IMG/VR virus record: IMGVR_UViG_3300027828_000336
Location: 1 to 26,350 of that record
Origin: a virus
Taxonomy: Duplodnaviria > Caudoviricetes
Length of the DNA: 26,350 nucleotides
Direction: 5' to 3' (one strand)
Below, piece after piece: positions 22,695 to 26,350 of the stretch. Under the pieces are notes generated by a model. It saw only the letters and a list, made by a program, of their open reading frames with translations, did not search any database and was not told the DNA's origin. The position numbers were made by a program, and so were the translations under genes. The stretch's first letter is position 1. Every line of letters begins with the position of its first letter.

Positions 22695-23261
22695 TTAGCC
22701 TCCCAGGAGGTGTTCGTCGACGAGCTCCTGGATCTCGACCTCGTCGGCCGGGGTGACCATGAGGAACGGTCGAGCTCGGACCTTGACCATGAACCGCGGG
22801 ACGGAGAACAACCAGCCCAGAGCCTCCCGGAGCTCGGGCTCGTCCCGGAGATACTGAGCGAGGTTCGAGCGGCCGGTCGAGGAGAGGACGACCTCGGAGA
22901 TCCCGCCGAGTTGGTGAGTCTCCGCGTATGGGACCGCGGCTCCGACGACGACCGAGGTCCGGCCGCGGAGCTTGTAGTTCACGGATTGACGGAGCCGACC
23001 GGTATCGGTGAGCGCGGGTCGAGGGGAGAACCTCCGTTTCGGTGGCTGCTTCCCCGCGTTCATGTCGCGAACGATCCCGGGAACATTGGGCGTCATTCGA
23101 CCAGCCCAGCTCTCCCCGCCGCGGCCTTGCTCGCGGAATGCCTTCTGGGTCTGGGAGACCAGATAAGCACCGATCGAGGTCAGAACCTCCTCCGCGTCGC
23201 GGAGCCGACGAGCGAGCTCGACCCCGGCTCCCTTCTCGATTCGGAGGAAGTCCCTAGCCAC
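22695..23261 (-). CDS. Phage virion morphogenesis protein (Mu gpG / P2 gpS-like)
   Basis: IGAYLVSQTQKAFREQG...W...LTDTGRLRQSV...VVVGAAVPYAETHQLGG...ARPFL signature. Confidence 0.9.
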   Translation of the reverse strand: MARDFLRIEKGAGVELARRLRDAEEVLTSIGAYLVSQTQKAFREQGRGGESWAGRMTPNVPGIVRDMNAGKQPPKRRFSPRPALTDTGRLRQSVNYKLRGRTSVVVGAAVPYAETHQLGGISEVVLSSTGRSNLAQYLRDEPELREALGWLFSVPRFMVKVRARPFLMVTPADEVEIQELVDEHLLGG

Positions 23262-23712
23262 GGTTGGACCGAGGGTCGCGGCCGAACCCGACGTCGAGGA
23301 TCACGTCCCCCCAGGCTTGCCGATCGTTGTCCGGCCGTCGGGTCGGGAGGTCCTCGTCGTATTCGAGCGGCGAGAGGGTCTGAGGGATCAGGGGTTGATC
23401 CGCCCCGAGCGAGCGAGCGAGTCGGCCGCACGCCAGGTGCCAGCGCTTCCGAATCCCCTCCGTCGCGGGAGTCTCTCCGGCCGCCCAAGATTCGAGGTAG
23501 TAGAGGACGCCAGCGACGCCGACCGGGACGTGAGCCGCGGTCGAGGAGTCGAACACGACCCCGACGAGCTGGTAGAACTCCGCCTCCGCGTCCGCGACCG
23601 CGGCCGCGAGTCGGGTCGAGTCGACGGTCGACGCGGAGCGGTCGCCTTGGTTCGTGAGCTGGATCAGACGAGAGGCCGGGACCCGGGTCGTGACCGCGGT
23701 CGAGAGCGACAT
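23254..23712 (-). CDS. Mu gp36-like (DUF1320) head-tail connector
   Basis: RLIQLTN...VDSTRLAAAVADAEAE N-terminus; adjacent to the gpG-like gene; GAGGAGG SD. Confidence 0.75.
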   Translation of the reverse strand: MSLSTAVTTRVPASRLIQLTNQGDRSASTVDSTRLAAAVADAEAEFYQLVGVVFDSSTAAHVPVGVAGVLYYLESWAAGETPATEGIRKRWHLACGRLARSLGADQPLIPQTLSPLEYDEDLPTRRPDNDRQAWGDVILDVGFGRDPRSNRG

Positions 23713-23722
23713 AGGACCTCCT

Positions 23723-25240
23723 CTAGCTAGGGTCTGGGATCGTTGGCGTTCCGTCGAGGGTAGCGGTCGCGGAGAGCGGACCCTCCGCGGTGAGGGTCTC
23801 CGAGACCGTCAGGACGAGCGCCGCGACCGCGGTGATCGAGTAGGTCCCGTCATTCGAGGACGTCCCCGCGACGACGACTTTCATTCCGACGACGTATCCG
23901 TCCGTGACGAACGAGCCGGTCGAGGCCGTGATCGTGTCCGGTCCCGTGGCGAACGTGAGGGTCCGCCCGCCCGCGGCCGTGATCGTCGCGACCGAGGCGC
24001 GGTGAGGGAGGTAGGCACCGAACGCGTACGCGAGGTGCTTCTGGATCTTGGAGTCCGACGCGATCGAGCTGGTCGCGGTTATCTCGTCGTCCAGGAGGTG
24101 AGGCGAGGTCCCCGCGGGGAGGAAATACCAGAGCCCGTCGAACAGGCTCATGGGTCCCCAGTGGGGGTTCGAGCAAACGAACGTCCCGGTCGTCCTCGAC
24201 GCGAGCGTGAGCGAGACCGCGGCCTCGTCGTTGAGCCAGTTTCCAGGCCAGAGGTCCTCGTCGTCGTCGAGCTCGAACCAAGTCCAGGTCGAGTTCGAGA
24301 ACGTCGACATAGCGACCGCTTTGGTCGTCGAGCCCATAGCGAGCGTCAGGGTCCCGTCGCAGCTCGACTCCCGGTAGATCCAGAATCCCGCCTTGTAGGG
24401 AGAGTTCAGGTCGACCTGAGCGTTCGAGACGGAGAGCTTTTGGGACAAGGATCCGTTGTCGTTGAACCGGAGCGTGACCGGGGTCGTGATCCCGGGGAGC
24501 GTATGCGGAGCTAGGTCGACGTCGAGCTCGTGATCGGTCGGGTCCCCGAGCGTCCAGTCCGTTACCTCGTCGTTCGCGACGCCGGTCGCGGGAGTCGAGG
24601 CCGCGGGAGCGGTCGTCCAGGAGTACTGAGCGAACGTCGAGTTCGAGAGCCCGGAATTCAGAGCCGACGCGACCGTGAGGTTCGTCGAGGCTCCGCTCCC
24701 TCGAATGTCGAGAATGTCGGGACCGTTGGCGGACCCCTCCAGCGCGAACACCTCAGCGAACCGTCGGCCGCCGGAGCTCTGGTCCGCGATACAGCGGAGG
24801 GTTCGTTTCTCCGTGAACGTCGCCTCGATCCCATAGGCGAACTCGTCGAGGGAGAGCCGCGAGAGCTCCCCTTTCGAGCTCCCGAACGTCGTCCAAGTCC
24901 CGTGATCGAACACGCGAGACTCCACGGAAATGTTGTTCGCGTGGAAGTAATCGAACAGGCGGCCGATCGCGAGGAGGACGTCCCGCTCGGGCTTGAGCGT
25001 GATCTCCGTCGAGTAGTCGATCATGTTCGCGCCGAGGAGGAGCTGAGCGCTCCCGATCGCCTGAGCGACGAGAGCGCGGACGATCTCCGCTCCCTCCAGC
25101 TTCGCCTTTGCCAGAGGACCGGCGGTCCCAGCGACGACCGTCGCCTGGTCGGTCGCGATCGTCTGAGCGGCGAACAGGTTATCGAGGAACGCTACCGCGT
25201 TCTGGACCTGGGACCGGAGGGAGGTCTCGGAGATTGCCAC
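23723..25240 (-). CDS. Putative head fibre / decoration protein (505 aa)
   Basis: Ser/Thr-rich beta domains; C-terminal SFVTDGYVVGMKVVVAGTSSNDGTYSITAV small beta-barrel motif seen in virion proteins. Confidence 0.55.
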   Translation of the reverse strand: MAISETSLRSQVQNAVAFLDNLFAAQTIATDQATVVAGTAGPLAKAKLEGAEIVRALVAQAIGSAQLLLGANMIDYSTEITLKPERDVLLAIGRLFDYFHANNISVESRVFDHGTWTTFGSSKGELSRLSLDEFAYGIEATFTEKRTLRCIADQSSGGRRFAEVFALEGSANGPDILDIRGSGASTNLTVASALNSGLSNSTFAQYSWTTAPAASTPATGVANDEVTDWTLGDPTDHELDVDLAPHTLPGITTPVTLRFNDNGSLSQKLSVSNAQVDLNSPYKAGFWIYRESSCDGTLTLAMGSTTKAVAMSTFSNSTWTWFELDDDEDLWPGNWLNDEAAVSLTLASRTTGTFVCSNPHWGPMSLFDGLWYFLPAGTSPHLLDDEITATSSIASDSKIQKHLAYAFGAYLPHRASVATITAAGGRTLTFATGPDTITASTGSFVTDGYVVGMKVVVAGTSSNDGTYSITAVAALVLTVSETLTAEGPLSATATLDGTPTIPDPS

Positions 25241-25249
25241 GGGTCGAGC

Positions 25250-25711
25250 CTACTTCCGCTTGGCGGTCGTCTTGGGCTTGGAGGGAGTCGAGGCGGCCGC
25301 GGGAGCGGGAGCCTTCTTTCCGGCGACCTCCGCGAGCTCGTCCGCGAGGGTCTTAGGACGCGGCTCGTCGAAGTCGCTGGACTCGGTCGGCTCCAGATAG
25401 AGGTAGTGAGTCAGCGGGACGTCGGAGGGCTCGACCGTGAACCCGCGGGAGCTCCGCGTGAACAGTCGAGCGCGAGCGGCCTTCCCCGAGGAGATTCGGA
25501 TCCACTTCGACTTCGCGGCCTTGACGATCGCGGCGACCTGGTCGTCCGTGAGGTCGCGGACGACTCCTCGAACCTCGGTCCGCTTGGTCGCGGGACCCGA
25601 GCCCGTGACCTTCTCGGTCACCTTGGGGAAGTCTTGACCGGCGAGGTAGACGGTCGAGATTGGACAATCGGACGTGACGCCGATCCGGTAGCGCTTGGAA
25701 TTGGAGTTCAT
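25250..25711 (-). CDS. Hypothetical protein after capsid gene (MNSNSKRYRIGV..., position of Mu gp35)
   Basis: ATG at 25711 with GGAGG SD; basic low-complexity tail. Confidence 0.75.
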   Translation of the reverse strand: MNSNSKRYRIGVTSDCPISTVYLAGQDFPKVTEKVTGSGPATKRTEVRGVVRDLTDDQVAAIVKAAKSKWIRISSGKAARARLFTRSSRGFTVEPSDVPLTHYLYLEPTESSDFDEPRPKTLADELAEVAGKKAPAPAAASTPSKPKTTAKRK

Positions 25712-25806
25712 TGGGTCCTCCGAGGACGGTAGAGCGCAAGCGACCGCGACCTGACCCAATGAAGCCAGGCCGCGGCCGTTTGCAGGGGATTGAGAGCGCG
25801 AGAGGT

Positions 25807-26350
25807 CTAGTTATTGACCTTGATCGCACCGTAGGGGAGAGCGACTCCGTAGCCCGCTCGCATGTCCGCGAGGATCGCTTGACGCTTGGAGCGACGAGCC
25901 TCGCGCGAGTTCGAGCGGTTCTCCTCGATCACTCGCATGGGCGAGCGGATCTGCTCGAACACGGGCTTGGGAACGGTCGGGGAGTTGACGATCACCGACC
26001 AGTCGGTGTCCGAGATCCGCTGGCTGAACCAGAGCCGGACCGAGAGGTTCCCGGCGCGGATCGAGTTCGTGACCGCGGCCCCGCCGACGTTCTCCGTGCC
26101 AGCGACGTTCGTCGCGACCTGGAGGGTCCGCTCCTGCTTGAACGCTTCGGTGAAAATTTCCGAGGCCGACCGCGGAGCGACGACGACGATCTCCCCGTCG
26201 AGCTCGTCCTCCAGGAGAGGCTCTCCCTCCGTGTCGACGAACGCTCCGAGCCGCTCGATCGCGTTCCAGAAGTCCGTCCGAACCGCGGCCGCCGAAGCGA
26301 CGCCGGAGCCGGAGATAATGTTCCCGCCCGAGACGCCGAAGCGGTCAGCG
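25807..26350 (-). CDS. Mu gpT-like major capsid protein, C-terminal part
   Basis: Frame open from the right edge: ...AFVDTEGEPLL...IVVVAP...DWSVIVNSPTVPKPVFEQIR...DMRAGYGVALPYGAIKVNN. Confidence 0.8.
   Translation of the reverse strand, partial: ADRFGVSGGNIISGSGVASAAAVRTDFWNAIERLGAFVDTEGEPLLEDELDGEIVVVAPRSASEIFTEAFKQERTLQVATNVAGTENVGGAAVTNSIRAGNLSVRLWFSQRISDTDWSVIVNSPTVPKPVFEQIRSPMRVIEENRSNSREARRSKRQAILADMRAGYGVALPYGAIKVNN

Larger units (their letters stand above)
1..26350 (-). mobile_element. Tailed phage / prophage genome segment (Mu-like head genes, lambdoid-type replication and recombination module)
   Basis: Co-oriented, tightly overlapped genes with recognisable capsid, head-tail joining, initiator, RecT-like, RusA, HNH and TerS-like proteins; no host housekeeping genes, integrase or att site seen. 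Confidence 0.93.

Noticed and set aside
1-26350. DGR, retron, tRNA or rRNA genes
   Set aside because: No reverse transcriptase motif, no adenine-variable repeat pair and no cloverleaf noticed; intergenic space is minimal

Overview
A very GC-rich (roughly 70% by eye) tailed bacteriophage or prophage segment; every credible gene lies on the minus strand. In transcription order (right to left): C-terminal part of a Mu gpT-like major capsid protein, Mu gp36-like and gpG-like head-tail joining proteins, a divergent tail module (no long tape measure or sheath; two short paralogous tape-measure-like proteins; a Gly-rich fibre apparently split at a TAATG junction), a holin-like membrane protein, and a separately promoted HExxH lipoprotein. 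Then come small regulators (two ribbon-helix-helix, two HTH), a lambda-O-like replication initiator with four internal iterons, a RecT-like annealing protein, a NUMOD4-HNH endonuclease, RusA and a terminase small subunit-like gene. At the left is an accessory region built from repeated promoter/operator modules (sigma70-like -35/-10 overlapped by GCCGGACG-N24-CGTCCGGC) with shared leaders and starts, including a DUF6884-like gene. The most interesting signals are this repeated regulatory module, a 9-bp sequence (CTCGTGAGC) reused at many gene junctions, twin occluded ribosome-binding sites, and apparent GGCGCC/GCCGGC avoidance. Family assignments come from motif recognition only; no searches were run.
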